64,000 nucleotides of DNA from Candidatus Nomurabacteria bacterium RIFCSPHIGHO2_12_FULL_42_19 (lineage in GTDB: Bacteria; Patescibacteriota; Minisyncoccia; Phycocordibacterales; UBA9973): the NCBI GenBank assembly GCA_001786955.1, contig MFUM01000005.1, positions 24,645-88,644 of the forward strand, given 5' to 3'. A program made the position numbers and the translations under genes. Under the pieces are notes generated by a model. It was not told the DNA's origin and did not search any database. It was given only the letters and a program-made list of their open reading frames with translations. This document shows, in pieces, positions 7,793 through 17,365 of this stretch. Positions within the stretch are counted from its first letter, which is position 1; every line of letters begins with the position of its first letter.

Positions 7793-7924
7793 GATTTGTT
7801 GTTTATAAAGCAATCTGTCTAGCCAAGCTTGGCTAGCGAACTGCTCGTCGATCAAGAAAATAATAAGCCGAATACGCCTTTTATTTTCTAATCTCCTGCG
7901 CAAGGCTTTCTAAACAACAAATCC
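7792..7924. repeat. 19-bp inverted repeat (GGATTTGTTGTTTATAAAG / CTTTCTAAACAACAAATCC, 1 mismatch) flanking a ~95-bp core that contains the perfect 18-bp palindrome CTAGCCAAGCTTGGCTAG
   Basis: Seen directly in sequence. The left arm starts within the rpsT stop codon. Confidence 0.8.
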
Positions 7925-7943
7925 CAACCCCCTTTAATTTTTT

Positions 7944-8222
7944 ATGAACCACCTTCTTGAATTTTATGGAACCGAATGCCCGCATTGCGTGAGTATGCAT
8001 AAGTTGGTGGAAAAATTAGAAAAAGAAGAGGGGATAAAAGTTGAAAGTTTGGAAGTTTGGCACAATAAAGAAAACGAAAAGCGTCTGCTGGAGTTGGATA
8101 AAGAATTTTGCGGCGGCGTACCTTTTTTCTATAATCTGAAAACCAAGAAATGGATTTGCGGGGAGGGGAATTATGAGACACTGAAAAAATGGGCGAAAGG
8201 AGAAGAATTTACACAAGAATAA
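7944..8222 (+). CDS. thioredoxin/glutaredoxin-like small protein
   Basis: CPHC redox motif near the N-terminus in a 92-aa protein. Confidence 0.6.
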   Translation: MNHLLEFYGTECPHCVSMHKLVEKLEKEEGIKVESLEVWHNKENEKRLLELDKEFCGGVPFFYNLKTKKWICGEGNYETLKKWAKGEEFTQE

Positions 8223-8230
8223 TACAAATT

Positions 8231-8256
8231 AAAAAAGCCCCATACGGGGCTTTTTT
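8231..8256. terminator. bidirectional rho-independent terminator AAAAAAGCCCCATACGGGGCTTTTTT
   Basis: GC stem, 4-nt loop, flanking A and T tracts. Lies between convergent genes. Confidence 0.8.
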
Positions 8257-8271
8257 AATTTGGAGAGAATA

Positions 8272-8469
8272 TTATGCGCGTTGGACGTTCACAGCATTCA
8301 ATCCCTTTGGTGACTCTTCTGTTTCAAAAGAAACAGCATCACCTTCTTTGAGCTCGTCAAAGGTTACGCCAACCAAAGAATTGCTGTGAAAGAATAAATC
8401 TTTCGCAAGGCCTTCTCCGGTTATAAAGCCGAAACCTTTATCAGTGAGTCTTTTTATTGTACCAGTCAT
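8272..8469 (-). CDS. cspA: cold-shock protein (CspA family)
   Basis: MTGTIKRLTDKGFGFI RNP motifs. Confidence 0.9.
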   Translation of the reverse strand: MTGTIKRLTDKGFGFITGEGLAKDLFFHSNSLVGVTFDELKEGDAVSFETEESPKGLNAVNVQRA

Positions 8470-8602
8470 TGATTTTTTTTAGCCCCGACGCCCTTATGGA
8501 GTCGGGATCCCGACTTTACGTCGGGATTAATTAATAATTACAAATAGATATACGTAAGAAATCGACTTTAATTTACTCTTCTTGCACCTACTTTGTCTCA
8601 CG

Positions 8603-8633
8603 AGTATAGCATAATAGACACCCATTTGTCAAG
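8603..8633 (-). promoter_or_regulatory. sigma70-type promoter for csp (TTGACA-18-TATACT on the minus strand), followed by a ~120-nt structured 5' UTR
   Basis: Near-consensus -35 and -10 read on the reverse complement. The UTR contains GGGATCCCGAC-type hairpins. Confidence 0.6.
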
Positions 8634-8639
8634 CTAATT

Positions 8640-9323
8640 TCAGGATTGATGAAGTATTGGATCTAAAAAAGTAATCAATTCTACACCTTTTATTTCTCTT
8701 AAAATATTAGGTTTTAGACTGCCCAGCTTGATATTCATAATTCTTTCACGCTTTAGGTCGGCGACTTCTTGGAAAAGAGCGGAACACATTCGGCGTATCT
8801 GGTGCTTTTTGCCTTCGGTCAACACTATTCTGAAAGTAAAGTCGTTTATAATTTTCACTTTACATGGTTTTGTGATATAACCCTCAATATTTACTCCAGC
8901 CTCCATTTTTTGCTTGAAATTTGAACGGAGTTTGTTTGAAGTTTTGACAACATATTCTTTTTCGTGAAAGTATTTTGGATTTAAAAGCCGTTCGGTAATA
9001 CGTCCATCGTTGGTTAATATCAGGAGTCCGTGTGAAGCTTTATCCAATCTTCCTAAGGGGAAGAGGTTTTCCGCGCCCCGCTTAGCGGGGTAAAGAGAAC
9101 CAGTTTCAACTCCAATTAGTTTATTATATGCAAAATATAAATATTCTTTTGCCTTGGCGCCTCTTACTTCCACGGTGTCGGTTTCATTGATTTTACTGCC
9201 GAGCAGGGCTAATTTACCGTTGATAAATACTTTTTTATCGGCTATCAACTCATCAGCGCCTCTTCTGGTGGAGATTTGTTTCAAAGCAAGATATTTATTA
9301 ATTCGCATCGGGTAATTACTCAT
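8640..9323 (-). CDS. pseudouridine synthase, RsuA/RluB family (S4 domain plus catalytic domain)
   Basis: S4-like N-terminus (RINKYLA...), GRLDKASHGLLILTNDG catalytic motif. Confidence 0.85.
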   Translation of the reverse strand: MSNYPMRINKYLALKQISTRRGADELIADKKVFINGKLALLGSKINETDTVEVRGAKAKEYLYFAYNKLIGVETGSLYPAKRGAENLFPLGRLDKASHGLLILTNDGRITERLLNPKYFHEKEYVVKTSNKLRSNFKQKMEAGVNIEGYITKPCKVKIINDFTFRIVLTEGKKHQIRRMCSALFQEVADLKRERIMNIKLGSLKPNILREIKGVELITFLDPILHQS

Positions 9324-10524
9324 ATCTTAACGCATCTATCGGATTTAGCATGGCTGCCTGGCGGGCGGGGTAATAGCCGAAAATAATTCCAATACCGGCC
9401 GAAACGCCAAAAGCCAAAAGGACAGAGGAAAACGAGACTTGTGTTCGAACGATTCCGGTGGAGGTCACCGCAAAGCATATGAGCCACCCCAAAACAATTC
9501 CCAAAAAACCGCCAATAAATGTCAGCATGACGGCTTCCGAGAGGAATTGCAGGTTTATATCTTTTCTTTTTGCCCCGATGGCTTTTCGCAAGCCGATTTC
9601 TCTAGTGCGTTCTGTCACGGTTGTCAGCATCATATTCATAATTCCTATCCCGCCAACCAAAAGCGAAATTGAAGCAATGGCCGCCAGAAAAAGGGTAAAA
9701 GTATCTATGACGGTAGTCAGTGTGCCTAAAATATCTTCCTGCGAAATGATTGAAAAATCCGCTTCGGCCACGCGATGTTTGTCTAAAAGCGCGTTAGTCG
9801 CCAGGTCTTTAACTTCCGCCATTTGATTTTTGTCGGTTACAGATACGGCCAGGGTTGAAAGATAATCCACCCCGGAGAGAATTTTCTGCATAGTGGAAAG
9901 AGGGACAAAAACCATATCATCGGGACCGGAAAATCCGGCTCCGCCCTTGGCGGTCAACACTCCGATAACATTAAAATTAACCTTATTGATACGGATAGTT
10001 TTTCCAAGCGGATCTTCATTCCCAAACAAATCAATTGCAACCGTAGCTCCCAGCACCGCCTGCCTGCCTATGCTTCTCTCATTTGCCTCAGAAATAAAGT
10101 TTCCGTTCGCCAGAGCGATATTGTGCACGTTCATATAATCCGGAGTTGCTCCCGTTATGGTGGTGTTGGTATTATTTCCGGTTGCTACCACTTGGAATCT
10201 GCGGGAGACTTCGGGTGAGACAGCCGCCACACCGTCTAGGGCTTTTATAATATCTATGTCTTCATTTTCCAGAGTTTGCGCCGTGCCGCGTCCGGAAGAA
10301 ACGATTCCTCGCCCCGGCTGGACTACCCCCGGAAGAATTACCAAAAGATTTGAGCCAAGACCTTCAATGCTTGACTGGATGGACGCCTTGGCTCCATTGC
10401 CGATGGAAACCATGGCAATAACGGAAGCAATGCCTATGATTATGCCAAGCATCGTAAGACCCGAACGCGCTTTATTGGAGGACAGGGAACTATATGTTTC
10501 TTGTGCTATGTCTATCGCTTTCAT
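9316..10524 (-). CDS. ABC transporter permease (MacB/FtsX-like)
   Basis: N-terminal TM, large periplasmic domain, C-terminal FtsX-type 3-TM bundle. Confidence 0.85.
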   Translation of the reverse strand: MKAIDIAQETYSSLSSNKARSGLTMLGIIIGIASVIAMVSIGNGAKASIQSSIEGLGSNLLVILPGVVQPGRGIVSSGRGTAQTLENEDIDIIKALDGVAAVSPEVSRRFQVVATGNNTNTTITGATPDYMNVHNIALANGNFISEANERSIGRQAVLGATVAIDLFGNEDPLGKTIRINKVNFNVIGVLTAKGGAGFSGPDDMVFVPLSTMQKILSGVDYLSTLAVSVTDKNQMAEVKDLATNALLDKHRVAEADFSIISQEDILGTLTTVIDTFTLFLAAIASISLLVGGIGIMNMMLTTVTERTREIGLRKAIGAKRKDINLQFLSEAVMLTFIGGFLGIVLGWLICFAVTSTGIVRTQVSFSSVLLAFGVSAGIGIIFGYYPARQAAMLNPIDALRYE

Positions 10525-11222
10525 TTTATCATTTGTTTTGTATGCGTTTTCCTATCTTCCACAAGTTTTCCGTCCTTGATAAAAAGAATTCTGTCGGCGT
10601 GCTCGGCTATTTCTTGTTCGTGGGTGATAAGAATTATCGTGCGTCCCAATTCTTTGTTTAATTTTTGGAAAGTGCCGATAACAATTTCTCCTGTTTTTGA
10701 ATCCAGGTTTCCGGTCGGTTCATCGGCTAAAATAAGCGACGGATTGTTTACCAAGGCTCTCGCTATTGCCACCCGTTGAATTTGACCGCCGGAAATTTGA
10801 TTGGAAAGATGATGAAAATGATTCTCATCCATACCTACGGAAATAAGCGTATTTTTTGCCCTTTCTTCCCTAGCTGTGCCGTGCACTCCGGCATATAACA
10901 AAGGCAGCATTACGTTTCGCAGGACAGTTGCCCGCGGCAGCAGATTAAAAGCTTGAAAAACAAAGCCGATTTTATCCCTGCGAATATCCGCCAGCCTGTC
11001 GTCGGACAGGGAAGAAATATCTTCATTATCAAGGAAATATGTTCCACTCGTCGGGCTGTCCAGTGCGCCTAAAATATGCATTAATGTTGACTTGCCGCTT
11101 CCCGAGGGTCCCATAATGGCGACAAATTCTCCATCGGCAATTTTGAAAGAAACATTATTCAATGCGTTAAATTCAACATCTCCCGTTTTGTACGTTTTTA
11201 TAATATTTTTTATTTCTATCAT
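10521..11222 (-). CDS. ABC transporter ATP-binding protein (MacB/LolD-like)
   Basis: Walker A GPSGSGKST, signature LSGGQ, Walker B ILADEPT. Confidence 0.9.
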   Translation of the reverse strand: MIEIKNIIKTYKTGDVEFNALNNVSFKIADGEFVAIMGPSGSGKSTLMHILGALDSPTSGTYFLDNEDISSLSDDRLADIRRDKIGFVFQAFNLLPRATVLRNVMLPLLYAGVHGTAREERAKNTLISVGMDENHFHHLSNQISGGQIQRVAIARALVNNPSLILADEPTGNLDSKTGEIVIGTFQKLNKELGRTIILITHEQEIAEHADRILFIKDGKLVEDRKTHTKQMIK

Positions 11223-11230
11223 AAGATATA

Positions 11231-12928
11231 TTAACGTCCTCGATTTCCCGTAGTATTGCCGAAGATGCTGGGGGCTGATGACGCGGTTGCGGCTGTGGAC
11301 GGCAGTATCGTCCGGGTGACTATTTCATCGCCTTCTTTGATTCCTGAAACAATCTCGCTTTGCAAATCATTTGAAAGGCCGATTTCTACGGGGATTTTAT
11401 TCAGGATAGCTTTGGAAACAATGCCGGTTGACCCATCCGCGGATGACCCTGAAGGCGCGTCAAAGCTTTCAATATAGCTTGTTCCGGCTTGTCCCGCCTG
11501 CCGGGCGGGCAGGGATTTTATGGCGCTATTCGGGACAATCAGCACATTCTGCCTGATGTCTGTGGTAATGGCGGCTGATACGCTCATTGCGGATTTTATT
11601 CTTTCATCCTGCGTGTCAAAACTAGTTTTTACAATATAAGTTACGACTCCCTGCGAAACCGTCCCGACAGTATCAATATCCGCAACAACGCCCGAGATAA
11701 CAAGGTCTGGTATCGCGTCAAAAGTCAGAGCAGCTTTTTGCCCGATTTTTATTTTTGCCGCGTCAACCTCATTGAGCGAAATTTCCGCGAGCTGTTTTTT
11801 GGTAATTAATGTTGCCGCGACAGCGCCTGAATTTACAGAATCCGATTTTTTGATATTGACTTTCGCTATCGTGCCTTCAAAAGGCGCGCGGATATAATAA
11901 TCCGCCAATTCATCTTTCGCGTCCTGCAGCGCATTCTCTTTTTGTTTCACGGAAAGTTCCGCCGATTGTATGTCCAAACCGGAATTGGGAAATGCGTCTT
12001 TATAATTTTTTATGCTTGTTTTGGCTGAAAGAAGATTTACTATGTGAGTATTGGTTTTGGAAGTATAAGTATTTAAGCTTGCTTTATGCGCGGTTATTAT
12101 CGCAGGCGTGTCGGCGTCATTTTTCTGTATTGAGCTATTTATAAAATCAATGAAATTATTGCCATTTTTAATCGCATCGGAAATGAGCTTGACTGTATCA
12201 TAAGTTTGCAAAATTAAAGCCTCAATAGTCGGATTGTCCGAAATTCGGGAAACTACCTTGTATTTCTCAAGATTTGCGTCGTAAGCGGTCTTTGCCTTAT
12301 TGTAGGAATCTATGAAATTTTGTTTTAAGACTACAGCCTGATCATGGTCTCCGTTGCCAACCTGTCCTTCATACCAATCTATATTCCATTGTTGCTGCGT
12401 CCCCGCACTGCTTTTAAAAAACATATCATTCAGGCCCGTCATAATCCCCGGCAGGTCAAGAAATACGTTTAAAACCGCGCTAAAGCCGTCATCATAGCTT
12501 TTAGCCAGATCAGCATTCATGTTTTCATTTGATTTTTGAATTTTTAATTTTTCCAAAGCGATTTTAGCGGACTCCAAATTTACTTCCGCGTCGCGCACGG
12601 ATTTTTGCGCGTCTTTGTCATCCAGTTTTGCGATAAACGCGCCTGTCCCGACTTTTTGCCCGTCTTGCGCGGCTATGTAAACAACCTCTCCGGAAACCTT
12701 GGCTTTGATATCTATCTGATTTGAAGCGGAAACTTGGCCGCTGCCGGAAACAGAGGAAATAATCGTGCCTCTTTGGACTTTGGCCGTTATATAGCGGATA
12801 TCTCCGGAGGTATCGGTAATTTTTTTATAACTCCAATATGAAATAGAGATGATTATTATCAAAACGACCACGCTTATTGTTTTATGGGCAATGACATGTG
12901 ATTTTATTTTATTCAGGCGTTTTTTCAT
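11231..12928 (-). CDS. efflux periplasmic adaptor (HlyD/MacA-type membrane fusion protein)
   Basis: N-terminal TM, long coiled-coil, beta-barrel/lipoyl-like segments. Sits in an operon with the ABC pair. Confidence 0.7.
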   Translation of the reverse strand: MKKRLNKIKSHVIAHKTISVVVLIIIISISYWSYKKITDTSGDIRYITAKVQRGTIISSVSGSGQVSASNQIDIKAKVSGEVVYIAAQDGQKVGTGAFIAKLDDKDAQKSVRDAEVNLESAKIALEKLKIQKSNENMNADLAKSYDDGFSAVLNVFLDLPGIMTGLNDMFFKSSAGTQQQWNIDWYEGQVGNGDHDQAVVLKQNFIDSYNKAKTAYDANLEKYKVVSRISDNPTIEALILQTYDTVKLISDAIKNGNNFIDFINSSIQKNDADTPAIITAHKASLNTYTSKTNTHIVNLLSAKTSIKNYKDAFPNSGLDIQSAELSVKQKENALQDAKDELADYYIRAPFEGTIAKVNIKKSDSVNSGAVAATLITKKQLAEISLNEVDAAKIKIGQKAALTFDAIPDLVISGVVADIDTVGTVSQGVVTYIVKTSFDTQDERIKSAMSVSAAITTDIRQNVLIVPNSAIKSLPARQAGQAGTSYIESFDAPSGSSADGSTGIVSKAILNKIPVEIGLSNDLQSEIVSGIKEGDEIVTRTILPSTAATASSAPSIFGNTTGNRGR

Positions 12929-13018
12929 TTTTTTAGCGGCATAACTAAATTATAACATAGATTTTTTCTATTATTATTTTCCCAAATTATCTCCCCGATG
13001 GTCTAATTTATATTATTA

Positions 13019-13969
13019 TTATTTATGCTTTTGATCCGAGAATTGACTATACGCGCGTTTGCTTAAAAGGACAAGAATAAGGATAAGAATAAGTAAGATC
13101 AGCCAGCCAAATAAATTAGCCGGGAAAAAAGAACCAGCTCCGAGGGCATTCGCTCCCAGCATAGAAGCCACAGAAATCTCGTTTTTGTCTACCGAGACGG
13201 CATCGGTGCTGGTAACTTTGGCGGCCGTTGCGGTGTTTTGTTTCTGGCTGTTATTTTGGCTCGGAGCATTACCGCTTGTTACCAGGCTTAAAACCGCTCC
13301 CTCGCTTCTGCCGTAGGAATTCTGCGCTACGGCTCGGAAGTAATATGCTGTGCCCGGATTAAGCCCAGTAATCGTGTTGGTGTGCCTGACTGCCGGCGCC
13401 CCATTTATTGGCGTTAGGACGGTCTGATTGCCTAAGCTGGGAGTCACGCCCCATTCAAACCAAGAATTGGCTGAATTACTGTTTCCGGCCAGAATAAGAG
13501 AATTAAATTGCGCCGTATTGTCCGCCAAAACCGCTCCGGAAGTAGTGATAGCGGCGGGAGACATTGAATTGTTGTATCCTGAAGTTGAAAAATTTGTCGT
13601 AAAAGATGCCACGTTTCCATAAACTCTTCCTTGTGAGTTTTGCCCGACTGCACGAAAATAATAAATCGTGTTGGCGGTAAGCCCCGAAATATTAGTGCTA
13701 TAACTGCCGCCGTATCCGGTATTAAAAATATAAGCATTTAAAGACGTAGAATTTCCGAAACTTAAATCTGTTCCATATTCAAACCAGGCATTACCCGGAA
13801 GGCCTCCGGTGTTGACCGAACCGTTGAGAGTCGCATTCATTGGGGTAATGTTGGTTGCGCTGCCAGTAGAGACATATGCGCTATATGCGAAAAGGGGGAA
13901 AGGGGCAAGACCAAATAATATCGCTCCCATAAGGGTTATTACAAAAAAGTTGGTTATTTTATTTAACAT
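13019..13969 (-). CDS. surface protein with two fibronectin-III-like repeats, a signal peptide and a C-terminal TM anchor
   Basis: Tandem ~90-aa repeats ending ...TIYYFRAVGQNSQGR / ...TAYYFRAVAQNSYGR. C-terminal LILLILILILVLL. Confidence 0.6.
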   Translation of the reverse strand: MLNKITNFFVITLMGAILFGLAPFPLFAYSAYVSTGSATNITPMNATLNGSVNTGGLPGNAWFEYGTDLSFGNSTSLNAYIFNTGYGGSYSTNISGLTANTIYYFRAVGQNSQGRVYGNVASFTTNFSTSGYNNSMSPAAITTSGAVLADNTAQFNSLILAGNSNSANSWFEWGVTPSLGNQTVLTPINGAPAVRHTNTITGLNPGTAYYFRAVAQNSYGRSEGAVLSLVTSGNAPSQNNSQKQNTATAAKVTSTDAVSVDKNEISVASMLGANALGAGSFFPANLFGWLILLILILILVLLSKRAYSQFSDQKHK

Positions 13970-14010
13970 CTTTCAATTATAGCATTTTATAGAGAAAAGT
14001 CAAATAATTG

Positions 14011-14082
14011 TGCCCTCAGTAGGAATCGAACCTACATCGCAAACTCCGCAAGCTCGCATTCTATCCATTGAACTATGAGGGC
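14011..14082 (-). tRNA. tRNA-Arg (anticodon read as GCG)
   Basis: Reverse complement folds as GCCCTCA..., anticodon stem CGAGC/GTTTG with two G-U pairs, loop TTGCGGA, T-loop TTCGATT. About 85% identical to tRNA-Arg-TCT at 21697. Confidence 0.7.
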
Positions 14083-14140
14083 ATTTTCCCGTCAAAAATC
14101 GGGCGCATTTGAAGATTAGCAGTTTTTGATAAAAAGTCTA

Positions 14141-14623
14141 TTAGAAACCGAGCACTTCCATGATTTTTTCCGAAGGATGTTCTTTCATTTCTTTTTCTTC
14201 AACATTATTGGAGAGCATGACGGAATGAATTTCTTCTGCCATCGTTTCATCTATCGGCATTGATAAAATCGGCATGAAAGCTCTCTCGGAATGGATAAAG
14301 AGTATCGGCTTGACGCTTGTTTCTCCCGATGCGCCCACTTGAACCCAAAAAGATTTTATATTTTCATAAGGATAAAGGCGGTTTCTTATTTTCAGACCCT
14401 TGGCGTTGAGTTCATAAGAAATAACATCCGGTTTTTTAATCGCAAAAAATCCGAGCAACACTCCGCCCAAAACAAGCAATATCGCGAAAAAATAATTTCC
14501 ATAAATGATTGAGGCAATCGAACTGGTTGCAACGATAATGCCAAGCGCCCAAAACCAGTCCCGGCTTCGTTCCTTTTCTTCGTATTCCAGAGCAGACCAA
14601 GATAATTTTTCATTATCATCCAT
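14141..14623 (-). CDS. hypothetical membrane protein (bacterial PH-domain-like)
   Basis: Two TM helices followed by a soluble domain. No catalytic motifs. Confidence 0.4.
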   Translation of the reverse strand: MDDNEKLSWSALEYEEKERSRDWFWALGIIVATSSIASIIYGNYFFAILLVLGGVLLGFFAIKKPDVISYELNAKGLKIRNRLYPYENIKSFWVQVGASGETSVKPILFIHSERAFMPILSMPIDETMAEEIHSVMLSNNVEEKEMKEHPSEKIMEVLGF

Positions 14624-14850
14624 AAATCAATTATATCAGACAATACCCAAAGTTGTCTAACAAAACAGCGAAAATATAATCGCTAAAAGACGTATATTTT
14701 ACTATTCAGTTTCTTTGTCGGTAAACACTACAGGCCGTCTGGAATGAGTTTTGTCTATTATATCCCAAATTCTCGTGCAGTTAATGACATTTTCAGCTAA
14801 TCTACAATTGTAACATTTTTACTTTTATGCTAGTGCTGATAACTTTTTTA

Positions 14851-14879
14851 TGGTATAATAATTGAAATCGTGGTATAAT
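14851..14879 (+). promoter_or_regulatory. two tandem extended -10 elements TGGTATAAT (14851-14859 and 14871-14879) upstream of the PAS/HK operon
   Basis: Exact TGnTATAAT matches 20 bp apart. Confidence 0.5.
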
Positions 14880-14939
14880 AACAGCAACTTGTGGTCTAAT
14901 GGTTTTACGTTCTTTATTTATAATTAAATAATATTGATT

Positions 14940-15587
14940 ATGAAAAATAAAAAAAGTAAAGTAAATGAATTAAAAGAGTCAAAAGAGCTGGCCTTGCACT
15001 ATATGCAAACACTGGTGGATGTCGCCAGAGAGTCGTTCTTGATTCTTGATTCTGACCTTCGCGTAATTTCGGCAAACCCGACTTTTTACCAGGTTTTTAA
15101 GGTTGTACCGAAAAAGACGATAGGTAAACTTTTTTATAAATTAGGAAATGGCCAGTGGAATATCCCCGAACTTAAGAAACTATTGGAAGAAATTTTGCCC
15201 AAGAAAAAAGTGGTAAAAAATTACGAAGTTGCGCACATTTTTGAAACAATTGGAGAAAAAACAATGCTGCTTAATTCCAGGCAGATAGATACGGTGCAAT
15301 TAATTATTCTAGCCATAGAAGACATTACCGATAAAGAGAGGCTTGAGAAAAAATTGGCTGAATATGTCGAAAAACTTGAAAGCAAGGTGGAGAAACGGAC
15401 AACAGAGCTTGCCGCTCGAATAAAAGAATTGGAATCAATGAATAAGTCCATGGTGGGAAGGGAATTAAAAATGGTGGAACTCAAAAAAGAAATTGAAAAT
15501 TTGAGGAAAAAGGTTAAAAATGGAAATGGCAACGGCAAAAACAGCAAGAATGGAAATCATAAAAATGGCAAATTACATAATTCATGA
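14940..15587 (+). CDS. PAS-domain protein with coiled-coil and an Asn/Gly-rich tail
   Basis: PAS fold (LILDSDLRVISANPTFYQVF...). Tail NGNGNGKNSKNGNHKNG. Overlaps the next gene by ATGA. Confidence 0.6.
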   Translation: MKNKKSKVNELKESKELALHYMQTLVDVARESFLILDSDLRVISANPTFYQVFKVVPKKTIGKLFYKLGNGQWNIPELKKLLEEILPKKKVVKNYEVAHIFETIGEKTMLLNSRQIDTVQLIILAIEDITDKERLEKKLAEYVEKLESKVEKRTTELAARIKELESMNKSMVGRELKMVELKKEIENLRKKVKNGNGNGKNSKNGNHKNGKLHNS

Positions 15588-17335
15588 AAACAGCGCCGAT
15601 TCCGGAAAACGAAAAAGAGCGCTTATTTTCCCTGTATAAATTAGGGCTCCTGGACACAAAACCGGAAGAGCGTTTTGACCGCATTACCCGTACGGCAACT
15701 AAAATTTTCAATGTTCCTATTTCAACTCTAACCCTTATTGATGCGGAACGAGAATGGTTCAAATCCTGCCAAGGGCTTACAAAACGCGAGGGCAAGCGCG
15801 CGATTTCTTTTTGTGGACATGCATTGTTGTCCAATAAAATATTTGTCATACCTGACACAAAAAAAGACAAAAGATTTGCCGATAACCCTATGGTAATCGG
15901 CAAGCCATTTATACGCTTTTATGCCGGCATGCCGTTAATGAGCATTGATGGAGCGCGAGTCGGAGTTTTTTGCATTAAAGATACAAAACCGAGAAAATTT
16001 TCAAAAAAGGATGAAGAAACCTTAAAGGGATTAGCCAACTGGGCGGAAATGGAAATTAATTTCCATAATTTGAATTTAGCCTTCAAAGAAGAAGAAAAAA
16101 CACAAACAAAGTTAAAGTTCCAGGCGCGCGATTTGGAAAATGCGAAAATAGCTGCCCGAAACGTTCTTGAAGATCTCCAGATTGAGAAAGAAAAACTGGC
16201 TCAATCCAATGCGAGAGATGAAGCACTGCTCGAGAGTATCGGGGAAGGTTTGGTTGCGGTTGATAACGACAGAAGAGTAATAATTATAAATAAAGTGGCC
16301 AGCGATATGCTTGGCTGGAAAGCCAAAGATCTGATTGGCAAGGTAATTACCGGGTTGCCCCTGGAAGACGAAATGGGCAATCTCGTATCGCTTGACAAAC
16401 GGCCAACTACCATAGCTTTAAAGACCGGCAAAGTTGCAAAAGTTGTCTATTTTTTTGCCAGAAAAGGCAAAATCAGGTTTCCAATGGCCATTACCGCGAC
16501 ACCCATCAAGCTTAGAGGAAAAACAATAGGATTAATAGAGATAATTCGGGACATAACCCGTGAAAAAGAAATTGACAAGGCAAAAAGCGAGTTCATATCT
16601 CTCGCTTCCCACCAGCTCAAAACCCCGCCGACTGCCATTAAATTGCTTATTGAAAGGCTGCTGAGCGGCAAAATGGGAAAATTCACGGAAAAACAGAAAG
16701 AATATTTTGACGATATCCAATATTCGAACCAGCGGATGATTGATATTGTAAACAAGCTTTTGAACGTATCGCGCATTGAGCTCGGAACATTTGCCATTCA
16801 GGCAAGCGAAAATGATGTTTGCGCTGTTGTGCGGAGCGTTCTTGATGAATTGAAATTAATCATTGAGAAAAGGCGATTGAAGTTCAGAACGATGTTTGGA
16901 GAAAAGAGCATCAGGTTGATGATTGATGAATCTTTATTCCGTATGGTAATTGGCAATCTTGTTATGAATGCCGTCAACTATACGGCGGAAGAGGGTGAAA
17001 TCCAAGTTGAATGCAAGACAGTGAATAAGGGACAAATGCTCGGGGGCAAACTTTTATCCGAGAATTGTTTTGCGGTTATTGTATCTAACACCGGCTACGG
17101 CATTCCTAAAAATGTGCAAAATAAAGTGTTCACTAAATTTTTTAGAGCCGACAATGCCAGAGAAAAACAGGCCAACGGAACGGGTCTCGGGCTTTATATC
17201 ATAAAATCCATTCTTGACCATTCCGGCGGGTCAGTCTGGTTCACTTCGCAGGAAAACAAAGGGTCGATATTTTATGTAACTATTCCTATGACCGGGATGA
17301 GAGTGAAAATCGGCACAAAAAAGCTTGTTGGTTGA
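15584..17335 (+). CDS. sensor histidine kinase (GAF-PAS-HisKA-HATPase)
   Basis: GAF N-terminus, H-box SLASHQLKTP, N box NAVNYT, G boxes GTGLGLYI. Confidence 0.85.
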   Translation: MKTAPIPENEKERLFSLYKLGLLDTKPEERFDRITRTATKIFNVPISTLTLIDAEREWFKSCQGLTKREGKRAISFCGHALLSNKIFVIPDTKKDKRFADNPMVIGKPFIRFYAGMPLMSIDGARVGVFCIKDTKPRKFSKKDEETLKGLANWAEMEINFHNLNLAFKEEEKTQTKLKFQARDLENAKIAARNVLEDLQIEKEKLAQSNARDEALLESIGEGLVAVDNDRRVIIINKVASDMLGWKAKDLIGKVITGLPLEDEMGNLVSLDKRPTTIALKTGKVAKVVYFFARKGKIRFPMAITATPIKLRGKTIGLIEIIRDITREKEIDKAKSEFISLASHQLKTPPTAIKLLIERLLSGKMGKFTEKQKEYFDDIQYSNQRMIDIVNKLLNVSRIELGTFAIQASENDVCAVVRSVLDELKLIIEKRRLKFRTMFGEKSIRLMIDESLFRMVIGNLVMNAVNYTAEEGEIQVECKTVNKGQMLGGKLLSENCFAVIVSNTGYGIPKNVQNKVFTKFFRADNAREKQANGTGLGLYIIKSILDHSGGSVWFTSQENKGSIFYVTIPMTGMRVKIGTKKLVG

Positions 17336-17365
17336 TAAGGTTGATTGTGGTATAATATTTATGTT

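Noticed and set aside
9439-10579. Several antisense ORFs (77-140 aa) inside the ABC permease gene
   Set aside because: They lie entirely within a confidently assigned permease CDS on the opposite strand. They are GC-skewed shadow frames without starts or RBS.
16201-16797. Antisense ORFs within the histidine kinase gene
   Set aside because: Shadow ORFs inside a strongly supported CDS.
14934-17335. PAS ORF and histidine kinase as one gene split by a frameshift
   Set aside because: The frames differ and the overlap is a clean ATGA coupling. The PAS protein ends in a low-complexity Asn/Gly tail. Treated as two genes.
17345-17365. Annotated TTG start of the response regulator at 17345
   Set aside because: It would place the TGGTATAAT promoter element inside the CDS. 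The in-frame GTG at 17366 gives a canonical receiver N-terminus (TEDKKIKILIVEDE). Kept as the alternative.
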